Assembly (NCBI GenBank): GCA_965645245.1
Contig: OZ287088.1
Location: 496,001 to 560,000 of the forward strand
From: Massalongia carnosa
Lineage: Eukaryota
Direction: 5' to 3'
Length of the DNA: 64,000 nucleotides
In this document: one piece after another, positions 11,476-23,008 of the stretch
Numbering within the stretch: the first letter of the stretch is position 1
How the letters are laid out: each line of letters begins with the position of its first letter
The notes under the pieces: model-generated
Seen by the model: the letters and a program-made list of their open reading frames with translations, nothing else
What the model was told of the DNA's origin: nothing
Database searches by the model: none
Made by a program: the position numbers and the translations under genes

Positions 11476-12980
11476 ATGACACGATCAACTGGGACCGAGG
11501 TCCCAAGACACCGAGACTCGATAATCCCCGAAACTAGAGAGACAGACGACGAACTAGAGGTAACGGAGCCTCTGATGATTGTAAACCTCCGACAGCTGAA
11601 GGCATGGATGATGCATGACCCTCAGGCCGTGTCCGACATGCTCCAAAACCTGAAGGAAGCATACAACGACTCCGTGGAATGAGGCAACCGAGCCATTGAT
11701 ATGGCCGAAGGATTCCAGACCGAATGAACCAACTGGACGGCGTGGTAGCCTACCAGAAGGAAGAGATAAGAGAATTACAAGGACAGGCCCCGGAGGCCAG
11801 CTCGGAATCAAGCCGAGAACAAACACGAGAGCCGCCCCGCCCGCGAACCCCCTCTCCTTCCCGTAGCAGTCGTCGCAGCGACGACGGTAGAAAGAGGTCG
11901 ATGAAACTGCCTGATCCACCCATCTTCACCGACGGAAAGGAAATTTTCATTGATCACTGGCTGACAAAGATGCGAAGTAAACTAGCGGCTAATGATGACC
12001 ACATGCCGACGGAACTGCTCAAGAAGGCATATGTGGAGAACCGGGTAGGAGGAGAAGCAATGGGACACTTGGAGCCCCGACTTCAGAAAGGTGCGATGAA
12101 GCCCTTTCTGACGGCCGAGGAAATGTTTGATCAGTTGGAACGCACGTACGGCGATCCCAATCGGAAACAAACCGCGATGAACGACTTTCGGTCCCTTCGG
12201 CAAGGAAGCAAGGACTTCAACACCTTTTGGGCTGAGTTTCAGCGTCTGGCAGCTGAGCTGGATCACAACGAGGCTACGCTAATTAGTGAGTTAAAGCACA
12301 AGCTCTCTTGGGGAATGAACCGGCAATTGGCCACCGGCGCCGAGGCACCGACCGACCTGTATGAGTTCGCGCATAAGTGTCAGCGCTTGTCAGATGGTAA
12401 GAACTACTATCATGGGCATTCATCTAGTGCTTATCTTCGGCGACTCTACTACGGGGACCGAGGTGACCTCCGGGGACCGAGATTCAGTGGACCGGCTGAC
12501 TCCTTACGAAAAGGGTCGCCGAAAGGTCTCCAATGTGACTGCTATATAATGAAGTAGATAGCTCACATATAATCCACACCTTCAATGACAATCATGCTAT
12601 TATACCTACACGTGAATTTTACTATTCATCAGCGCTTGTATCAGGAGCTCAAGGACTCGGACCGAAGCAAGGCCAGTATGGACCGTTACGCGGAAAGTAA
12701 AAGGTCCAGCACCACTGCCTCGACTCCTAGCGCTCCGACCACGGCGACCACCACCTCTATCACCAAGACCAACGTTCCTCCCCGCCCCTCCACCAGCGCC
12801 TCGACCCCCAGGCCCTCTTACTACATGACGGATGAAGAAAAGGAATTCTTGACCAGGGAAGGTCGTTGTTTCTTTTGTAAGGAGCATGGACATTTGTCCA
12901 GAGATTGTGAGCTGAAGAAGAAGAGTCGGCCAGCGAAAGTGCAGGAAATCGCTGAGATTGCTGACTCGGGGAAAGCGTGA
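11476..12980 (+). pseudogene. gag: gag of Gypsy 1 (stop, frameshift and solo-LTR insertion)
   Basis: KLPDPPIFTDG, LRQG, CCHC knuckle; ends DSGKA*. Confidence 0.85.
12388..12631. repeat. Solo LTR related to family C, inside gag
   Basis: TGTCAG..TTCATCA with GCGCT TSD. Removing it restores HKCQRLYQEL. Its reverse complement shares TGTAGGTAT..AGCATGATTGTCATTGAAGG with family C. Confidence 0.9.
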
Positions 12981-15900
12981 CCTCCATCAAAGACGCAGAT
13001 GGAGGTGAACTAGTGTTGATTTTGTCAAGCTATTTACCTGGTGATTTGTTCACGGATGAACCCCTGGTCATACAATGTAAACTGGGCAATAGCGAAGAAA
13101 TGCAAGTGATGAGTCTATTGGACACAGGCGCCACTGGACATGCTTTTATTGATGAAGCAACAGCGCGTGAAGTTTGTGAAAAGCTTCAGATCTCTCCTCA
13201 AAGACTGACTCGGCCGAAACCAGTAAAGGGTTTTGATGGTAAACGAGGTAAAGACATCACCCATGCCATCTACCCTACCCTGACCGTACAAGACCATAAG
13301 GAAACGGTAGCCCCTCTTCTAATCACACAGCTTGGACAACACAAGATGATTCTAGGAAAGCCATGGATGAGAAAGCATGGAGTGATTATCGACATGGCCA
13401 CAGACAAGATAACTTTCTGGCCAGGCCATTGTTCCCATCCCGGTGCACACCAACTATCAGAGAACGAAAAGACGGAAGCCCCGAAGGAGGTCAGAACGAT
13501 CACGAAGATACTGAAACGGTCAGAAGAAATCAGAACGGGGCCGAAAGAACAGATAAATTCAGCATCGTCTACGGAAACCGTAGATGGACTATCAGAAAAA
13601 CTATCAGACTCTGATATCGAGGACAAGCCGACTCCCGAAGATAAGCCGATAGAAATGTCGATGATAGGGGCCGCCGCGTACCGACTGCTGTCCAGGCAAA
13701 AGAATGTCGAATTGTTCTCCATTTCTTTGAAAGACATCGAGTATCAGCTGAGCAAGGAAGACCGGCCACCCACCGACCCGAAGACGGTAGTACCTCCAGA
13801 GTATCATGAATTTCTGGATGTCTTTTCTAAGGCCGCGTCTGACACTTTGGCACCTCATCGAACTTATGATCATCGAATCATCCTGGAAGGAAATCAAGAC
13901 CATGGACATAGTCCGCTCCGGAGCATGTCACAGAAAGAACTGGAGTTCGTTAAGAAATACCTCGAGGACAACCTTCGAAAAGGGTTCATCGAGGCCAGTC
14001 ATGCTGCGTGTGCTTCTCCTATTCTGTTGGCTAAAAAGCCGAACGGAGGCCTGCGTTTCTGTGTCGATTATCGGAGGTTGAATCAGCTGTCAAAGAAAGA
14101 CCGCTATCCCATACCATTGATAGAAGAAACCCTGGCACAGCTGAAGGAGGCCAAGGTCTTTTCGAAGATTGACATTCGACAAGCGTTTCATAAGCTCAGA
14201 ATGGCCACAGAATCTGAAGACCTGACCACGTTTAACTCTCGTTTTGGTGCCTATAAATATAAGGTACTCCCGTTTGGCCTTTCCGGCGGACCAGCTTCCT
14301 GGCAACACTACATCAACGACGTGTTATTCGACTACCTGGACAAATTCTGCACGGCTTACCTGGACGACATCCTGATTTATAGCAAGACTCTGAAGGAACA
14401 TCGGGAGCACGTCCGGGCTGTTTTAGTCAAACTTCGGGAAGCGGGACTGCAAGCAGACGTTGACAAATGCGAATTCCATGTAAACGAAACCAAGTACTTA
14501 GGACTGATCATTAGCGTTGATGGCATTCGCATGGACCCAGCTAAAGTCAAGGCCATTCAAGAATGGGAAATCCCAACTTGCTTACGCGAGGTCAGGTCGT
14601 TCATTGGTTTTTGCAATTTCTATCGACGTTTCATCAGAGATTTCTCGAAAATCGCCAAACCCCTGAACGCACTGACAAAGAAAGAACGGATCTTTGAATG
14701 GACTTCAGCATGTGAAAAGGCTTTTCGGACCCTGCAGAAACGAATCGGCGAAGCCCCAGTTCTAATACACTTCGATCGGGACAAGCAGTGTTACTTGGAA
14801 ACGGACTCATCTGACCACGTCAATGGTGGCGTGCTCTCACAAATGGGGGACGACGGAGAACTTCATCCGGTAGCGTTCTTCTCCAAGAACATGAGCCCTG
14901 CTGAGTGCAACTACGAAATCTACGACAAGGAACTGCTGGCAATCATCCGATGCTTCGAACAATGGAAATCGGAACTGGAAGGCACCGATTTACCAGTGAA
15001 GATCTTCACTGATCATCGAAGTCTGGAGTATTTGATGTCTACCAAAAAGCTGACCAGAAGACAGGCTCGCTGGGCGGAGTTCCTCTCGGAGTTCAATTCG
15101 TCATCACATATCGCCCGGGCAAGAAAAACGAAAAGGCAGACGCCCTGGCCCGAAGGCCCAACGATAAACTCCAGAACGAGGAAGACGAACGACAGCAGCA
15201 TCAGCTTCAAACACTGTTGCCCCCGGAAAGACTGGAACTACAGCCCATCGAAGAAGCGACGGAACCGAATGAAACCGCCACCGAAGCCGACCCACAGACT
15301 TTGGACGAAAAGGTAAAACGAGAAAATCTCGAAGATGAACTCTGCAGAAAGATCAGAAAAGCGCTGGAAGACGACGATACCCCCTCGGACAACACCCTGC
15401 TAAACATAAAGAATTGTACAATAAAAGATGGACTTCTATATAACCGAAGACGCTTATGGGTTCCGGACAACAAAGGTACAATTCTCGAAGTCGTACGACA
15501 GATTCATGACCAAATAGCGGTAGGACACCCCGGAATAGCCAGGACCATTCAGACGATCTCCCGGAATTATTACTGGCCAAACATGGGCAAAGACGTTAGC
15601 CGTTACGTTCGCAGCTGTCACGTTTGCAGACGGGCAAAAGCACCTAGGGATAAATACAACGGGCTACTGAAACCATTACCCATACCCGACAAGCCATGGT
15701 CAGACATCACCCTCGACTATGTGACAGGACTCGCCAAGAGCAAGGAACAGTACGACGCCATCCTGATGGTAGTAGACCGAATGTCAAAGGAAAGACAATA
15801 CATTCCTTTGCACATGTAGTGACGAAGGAACGATAGCGGAGGCCACAGCGAAGCTACTCATTGACAACGTCTGGCGCTATCACGGACTTCCAAACAGCAT

Positions 15901-16786
15901 GCTTTCTGATCGAGGACCCCAATTCGTGTCAGCTGTATGGAAGGCCTGGTGCAAGATCCTTGGAATTACGGCGAAACTGTCGACAGCTTACCACCCCGAA
16001 ACCGATGGACAAAGCGAAATAGTACATTAGGAAATGGAACGTCATCTCCGAAGTTTCACCAACTACAACCAGGATGACTGGGCGGACCTGCTTCCGATGG
16101 CCGAATTCGCCGCGAACAGTGCACCGTCAGCCACCACTGGATTGTCACCGTTTATGGCCACAAAGGGATACGAACCCCGAATGAGCTTCGACCCGGTAGA
16201 ACTGACTGCTTCCTCCACCAGGGAGAGGCTAGCCAATGCTAAAGCTAGGGCCATCACCGATGACATGAAGAAAGTTTGGAACTTCGTCAGAGAGAACATG
16301 ACAAGAGCTCAGGAAAGACAAATAACAGCAGCCGACAGACACCGAACGGAAGTCTCTTACGAGGAAGGGGACATGGTATGGTTATCCACGAAAAACATCA
16401 AGACAGAACGGGCATGTAAGAAACTAGATCACTAGATGATCGGCCCCTATCGAGTCAAGAAATTGATAGGATCATCCTGTCAACTGGAACTTCCACCCTC
16501 GATGAAAATACATGATGTGTTCCACACCAGCTTGCTCCGAAAAGCCGCAGACGACCCTCTTCCTGATCAGATAAACGAGCCACCCCCACCGGTAGTAGTC
16601 GAAGGGAACGATGAATGGGAGTTGGACGACATATTGGACGCTCGTAAACGCTATCGGAAGGTCCAGTACAAGGTTAAGTGCAAAGGAATTGACGAAGACC
16701 TGACGTGGTATGATGCTGACGGCTTCGAGAATGCAGAAGAATTGGTGGAGGACTTTTAACGACGACACCCTAACAAACCACGATAA
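12977..16786 (+). pseudogene. pol: pol of Gypsy 1 (PR-RT-RH-IN-CHD), several frameshifts and stops
   Basis: ORFs at 12977, 15217, 16034 and 16436 carry consecutive domains. Confidence 0.92.
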
Positions 16787-17443
16787 GCGATGAGAATCTC
16801 ATGCAGTCTAACCGCATCGGTTGCTTAATACTTTTAGCGCGCGCGCTAAATGTCTGAAGCAATCAAATCGACTATCAGAACGACAATTAGAACCCGGAAA
16901 CAACACGGACTTTATCGCGGCCAGGTGACTCGCGATCTAAAGCGGGGGGTAGTGTCACGATTCTACCTTTTGCCTTTAGGAACTAAGCCTAATCGAGCAC
17001 CTACGAAAACGGTTGCTAGCCGGCTGGCGGGAGTCACGAGATAGCGCGGAAAACTCTTTCGCGACCTTACTGCATGGGGACTAGGGAAAGCATTGCTTTA
17101 TAGGGGCGAGTCCGACCTTTCGAGTCTTTCTTTCCTCTTTATCTTTATTCTTTCTTTCCTCTTTATCTTTATTTTTTTCGTTCATGGCGTCCCTATGACT
17201 AGCCTCTAGGTAGACCGTAACAGGAGGCAAACAAAAACGATATCAAATAATTATCCTGACAAAGACTATAAACTTTAAATCCTTTACCAACCTGCTTTGA
17301 GGTTATTTGTAAAGTATGACGTGATCGACCTTTGAATTTAATTAATTATTCGTCAATTGATATAATGCTTCCTGGTTCATAGTACTCCAACGAGGCCTCA
17401 CGAAAACCGGTAGCAAGCGGTTCCAATTTCTTCTACCAATCAG

Positions 17444-17784
17444 TATGAAATATAAATTCACTTTGTAGGTATAGTAGCATGATTGTCATTGAAGGTAATT
17501 ATCTATATGGGCTATTTGTCTGCTTTATATAGCAGTCACAAAACAGTCACATCTAAGAGTCCTGACGGTCAGACCTTGTCCCCCTGCCGGTCAGACCTTG
17601 TCCCCTTGACGGTCAGACCTTGTTTCCCATATCTGCTTTTTTTTAGGCACTTTGCAAGGTACCTCCCGAACTACCTGTTAGGCACCTCCTATAGATGCCT
17701 GGCAGGCACCCGTGGGACTCACGATAGATACCTATATTAGTGGTCGTCTGACTATCTAACCGATGTTAGCCTTACCATTTAACA
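17444..17784. repeat. Solo LTR family C
   Basis: TATGAA..TTAACA with ATCAG TSD. Three internal GGTCAGACCTTGT repeats. Confidence 0.9.
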
Positions 17785-18056
17785 ATCAGCTCCTTTGCCC
17801 ATGCCCGAAGGCTCCGTACGCCTATTGAGTTTCAAAATCTTTTGATTTGTTGGAATCGTCTAAGGGACAAAGCTTGTTGAATAGGCATGAAAATAGGCTT
17901 ATCAGAGCATCTATTCCAATAATCCTCTGTAGCAGGCGTCTGATTTATACCCATACACAGAATAATGCCCAAAAATACCTTTATTTCTGGCCCAGTCGTG
18001 TTATGCCATGCGCGAGGATTATTTTCTTTCTCCTTTTTCATATGATCGTATGCCTT

Positions 18057-21000
18057 TACGCCGCGGAATGGGTTTTGGGTTGGGTTGGTTTATCGTTGAG
18101 TTACCCAACAGAAAAAATCTGCGAGTGTAAATGATGACTACTAGCATGACTACCACAAAACACGAATGCAATATTTATCACATGAGTTAGGATTTTCAAT
18201 TATTGTAGATTTATTTTAATGATTATCACAAAGTAAAAAGTAGATTATAGATAAAACATTTATTTCGTTGACGTCGAACTACCATAAAGACTATCCCAAA
18301 TTCATATGCTATCTTCTATCTTCTATCGAAGTATGTCGCCCATTCATCGCTTCCTATTCAAAACTCGTAAAGAAAGTCTCTCGCCATCTCTTCCTTTACT
18401 CTCCACCTTCTTGTCACCCCCACCCTCTCTACCCCCCTCCTCTATCTCATCCTCCACCACACCCTCCTCCTCCTCCTCCTCCTCCACCTCATCCACTACA
18501 CACTCTTCCTCCTCCTCCTCCTCCTCCACCTCATCTACCACACCCTCCTCTATCATACCATCCTTTACCTCCTCGCTTGATGGAAGCCTACCCCTTCTTG
18601 TGCGCGCTGCAATCCTCTTTTTCCTATCGCGTTGCTCGGAAATGGAGTTTCTGTTATTGTAAGTTCGTTTCTTATTTTTCTGTAGAATAATTAGCTCAAG
18701 AAGACACGAAAGTGAGTGACTCGATGCTTACATCTCGCGCTGAGACCTGCTCAACCTGCGATGACCCGATCTGCGTTAACTGGTCCTCGTCATTGTTATC
18801 GTCTTCTTCATCACTAATGTAGACCTTCTGAAAAACCTGTGTTAGGTCTTTATGTCGCCTTTGCATCTCATTAGTCAAATCCTCAAGATTCATACTTTCT
18901 TCTTCTTCCAAATCTACGTGTAAATTTGCATCTGCATGCTCCTTCTGCTCGTAGAAACGAACAATCATCATCGCGGAGAAAGTATCCGGATAAAAATTCT
19001 TGCGATGATCGTAAAGTGCTCCCGCAACGCTAAAAACGCGCTCACATCCAACGCCAGCGGCTGGTACAGCAAGGATGTCCCTGGCAAACATACTCATTTG
19101 TGGAAATTCCGGCTCGAGATCTTTCCACTGTTGTAGAATAGGACCCGAACGATCATGCATCGCTGTGTATTGTAAATAAGTTGAACACAATGAGAAAAGA
19201 CCTGATTTATTGTATCAGTTAACCCACCTCGCTGACGATAGCAGTTGAACTCGTCATCTAGAGCGAGCGGAGTAGCATTATTCGTACTCAGAAGAAGATC
19301 CAGATTATTCAAGTCTCGAATGACCGCGACATTAGGCCCGCGTACTTGTGAGGTTTGAGAATTCTCGTAGATATCTAATTCCGCTTCCAGAGATTGCCAA
19401 TATTGATCTTCCCATCGACTTTCCCCATAGGGCGCATCCCAATTGGGACCCTTGAAAATCAGGTCCTTCTTATTGGGAGATAGCAATGCCGCCTTTCCAT
19501 ACAGATAACCTAATGACCCCTGAGTTTTAGAATAGTATTGACGTAATTTCGTTGCAGCCGCCTCGATGCTATTCAATAGCGCACGTTTCTACGATACTCG
19601 CTTACGAGATAATCTTGCGAGAGCTTTGATCTAGATGATCGAACAGCTTATTGTAGATCTCGAAAACCTGATGAATGTTCGGTTGCTTTGATTGACCAAT
19701 CATCTTTGTAAAGACGCAGAATAGCTTCGTTAAATTGATAATATATTCTATCTGTGACCATTCCACGTCGAGCAATCCCAAATACTCGGCTTCATGTTTA
19801 TCATGATATCTATTCATCGCTTGTCGCAACTTGAGCGCTCGAATTAACATGTGACATGCGGAGTCCCATCGAGTATTTACATCTTGAAAAAGCTTAAGTA
19901 CTGTACCGCTGACCGTGTTTCCAGTGCGTCTCTCTTCGTCATTCAATGCTCGTTGAACAGCGTAGAAGTTCTCCTTACGTAAATTGCTACTGTTAATGTA
20001 AACAGCTAATGCTCGAACCTAATCAAAATTTAGAACGACTACCAAAACGTCTACCACAAATAAACCTTGCCTTAGCTAGCGTAATGGGAACTCCAGGTGT
20101 CGGGTTTTCGAAATCCCGTCTATCTTGCTTATTATCCCAGCTAGTTTTGAAATCGGCATTTATGGGATTAATGTAAATACACCCAAGTAGCTGTTTCACG
20201 GCAAGTTGAATTACATGCGATAAACAAGGCACTCGCTATATCTCATTAGCATCAGTGCATAGAAGTGCCAAGGCTCGATTGCTTCGTATTACTCGTCGCA
20301 ACTTATCTACCATCGTTGTGTTATTAGATGCACTTACCGTGGTTAACGCCAAAACACGATCTTAAATAGAATGTCTGATTAAAACGCTGTTCAATACTTC
20401 AGCAAGTTTTATTCCCGTATGTGAGCATTCAACGTGTTCGAAGGCAAGAAGCACTTCGTGATAATTCCATTTAACGTCAATGAAGTAAGCATTGACAGCC
20501 AGATAACCTTGACGATTAAATGACGACCAACAATCCAAAGCCAGAGAGACCTTTGAACTACCCCTAGGTAGCTTCTCGAGCAAAAGCGGAATAATTTCTT
20601 GACTTCGGGTCATCAAGCGATTCTTGATTATCGATGGTGAAGGAAACTGTACATTATCGAGCAGACAGTTGAACGGTCTTTGCAATTCGACATTGGCGAC
20701 ACTTCGTAACGGTAGCCCAAGAGCAACAATCATACGAAGCAATTGAGGCGTGAAATCATCCTTTTTTAGTCTAGGGCCGTTGAGAGTTAAGGCCTCTTGT
20801 CTTTTTAATTCACTATAATATTGATTAGCAAAGCACGTAATGTGGTAGTCATTGTGGTAGTCATATTTCGGCACGATATCCAACCTTTAAGGAAAGTTGC
20901 TTCATTCCTTTCATCTTTTTACAGGACACGGAATTTAAGTGTTTAGTCATGCAGTTATTTCTGGAGCCTAGTGAGGGATGAGTCAAGACCAGGGAGCAAC

Positions 21001-21446
21001 GCGAGCAGATTATTTTGGGATTACCATCCCCCACAGTGGCGCCTTCCTGAAACTCTTTCCATTCCGCCGCCTTTCTTTTCGTCGATCCCCAATCGATCTT
21101 CTTCATCGCCTTTCTACTCTTCTCTTCATTAGCAAAATGCCATCTCGTACTTCGCCACCATTCCATAAACTCCTCGCTCTTCTCGGCCACATATGCGTAG
21201 CATCTGGTGGGTTTGCCCACAACTTGAAGATCGTATATCTCTGAATGCATCATCTGCGAGCTGCTCATTGTTACGAATGACGAGGATTGTATACATAGGA
21301 ATATAGTAAGTAGATCGTATAGTTGAGAATACATAAGATACTAACGCCGATCGCCACGTTGATAAGTCAAGGTTATTGATTACTATTACTAAGCATGTGA
21401 TTTGGGTAACCCAATGAAAACCCAACCCAACCCATTCCGCGGCGTA
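18057..21446 (-). mobile_element. hAT transposon with a degenerate, apparently intron-containing transposase
   Basis: TIR TACGCCGCGGAATGGG. 8-bp TSD TATGCCTT/TATATCTT. Motifs LDCWSS, CLSHVIQL, TRWDS, AAGVGCERVFS, plus BED-like Cys/His residues. Confidence 0.92.
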
Positions 21447-21815
21447 TATATCTTGATATTGGTATAATATGCGATAGTACAACAATACTGAGGCGTAATG
21501 AATAACTGAAAAAGCTCCAGCGGAGCGTTAACAAGACCTTGAACCAGTGACTTTGGAGACTTATCATAGATTGAAATAGGAGTGTAGTTGGATAGGGGGG
21601 GAATATCGGCCAAGATACTCTCAATGGTACGTTTGCGATTTATTTTATGCTGCTTCCTTGAGATAGGCGATTTATCCAGAACACTTGGAATTTCTTCTTC
21701 ATTTAACCCTATATTATTGACTTCACTTTGAGATGATAATTATAACAACTGATGGGCCAAAAAAATTTATTGTCGATGATAATGATAATTATGCTTGGGG
21801 AAAAAAAGGTAAACA

Positions 21816-22606
21816 TTGCCTCAGTACCTCAGACGTGCCCGCCTAAGCCCCTCCGGGTAAGCCTTACAGAACTTTGTGCCCCTTCGGGTTAATAGGCTGA
21901 CTACGCAGCATATCTGTAGCAAGTCTGAGCCCAAAACTCAAGATTACAGTCAAATATGGCTAAACGATCATGACAAGAACGATTTCGACCTTATAGAACA
22001 ACGTCACAACTTCATTGTTTTCATATTTGTAACGTCGTCGTCGCTTGATATGATCATGATCAATGTATTTTTAATTTTTTCGTTATAAATTTCAATCTTT
22101 ATTTATGTTTATAACGTGCAGAGCAAATTTATATATATCTTGTTATTTTCGTTAAGTCGATTCTCGATTTCTATGCGAAGTGCAATCAGATTGCCCCACA
22201 TGAACTTTACAACGAACAGGAATTTCAGGAAACTTTCTATATAAATTCTACTTGACTTCTTTCAAAGAAATAGCCCGTGTCAAACGAAAAAGCAAGACGT
22301 CAAAATGTCGAAAAATAGTAATAATACACGATTTATTACGAATATCTGACCGTAATATTTAGTTTTGCGCTCAGACGTGCTATCGCAGCCACGTTAGTCA
22401 GCTGGGACACTAATCCTAAGGAGCTTAGCGAAATAGGCTAACCCGGAGGGGCTTAGACGGCTCCTAGAGCCCACGCACGTCTGAGATGCTATCGCAGCCA
22501 CGTTAGTCAGCTAGGACGCTAATCCGAAGGAGCTTAGTGAAATAGGCTAACCCGGAGGGACTTAGACGGCTCCTAGAGCCCACGCACGTCTGAGGTACTG
22601 AGGCAA
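21816..22606. mobile_element. Non-autonomous long-TIR element (MITE-like) with 8-bp TSD
   Basis: Perfect 23-bp TIR TTGCCTCAGTACCTCAGACGTGC, imperfect to ~140 bp. TSD GGTAAACA/AATAAACA. ~110-bp tandem duplication in the right arm. Confidence 0.88.
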
Positions 22607-23008
22607 AATAAACAAAATATTGATGTTCTGATTACTAATGTCATGCAGCTAAATCCTAGTCGGGGAGGGTGATGCCTTCGTGCCAGCGAGAGGGATAAAG
22701 GGAGGTAAAGCTTCGTTAAAATATTATTTCAAGTCGTGATTCCTTGCATTTTGTTACGCGTTATGTATCGTATAAATACTAATTAAAATCTCAATCGAAG
22801 TCCGACGGCTTGAAAATTTATCTCTTTTTCTTGAAAACAAAAGAGATGAGAAGGGTTTATTATATTGTTATGATCTACCCAGAGTCAAGTTATAGGGACG
22901 CTAGAAACGAATACAATAAAGATGAAGAAGAAAAAGACAATCGACAACATAAACCTGCCCCTAAATATCCTCTACTACGCTAGTACCCATGTGGTATAGT
23001 CGTTATAG

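Larger units (their letters stand above)
11219..17222 (+). mobile_element. Ty3/Gypsy chromovirus 1 (truncated 5' LTR 11219-11317; 3' LTR 16953-17222)
   Basis: Gag with CFFCKEHGHLSRDC; pol order PR (LLDTGA), RT (YLDD), RH, IN, chromodomain. PPT AAAGCGGGGGGTAG. LTRs match. Confidence 0.95.
17223..22694 (-). mobile_element. piggyBac-like copy B (5' half), host to an LTR, a hAT and a MITE
   Basis: Reverse complement matches copies A and C (9265-9850; 47016-47385; 49416-49970). Left TIR reads ..GCCAGCGAGAGGG on the + strand, ending at 22694. Confidence 0.8.

Noticed and set aside
12380..12639. Apparent 11-bp TSD (TCAGCGCTTGT)
   Set aside because: Better explained as a 5-bp GCGCT TSD plus chance matches with the TGT/TCA LTR termini.
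18069..18090. GGGTT repeats resembling telomeric DNA (also ~21420 and ~58130)
   Set aside because: They are hAT subterminal motifs, not TTAGGG arrays.
18268..18690. Poly-Pro, poly-Ser and poly-Glu ORFs
   Set aside because: Low-complexity TCC repeats inside the hAT element; at most an acidic tail exon of the transposase.
22371..22592. CRISPR-like or tRNA-like repeats
   Set aside because: Only two ~110-bp tandem units with no spacers and no cloverleaf, in a eukaryotic MITE arm.
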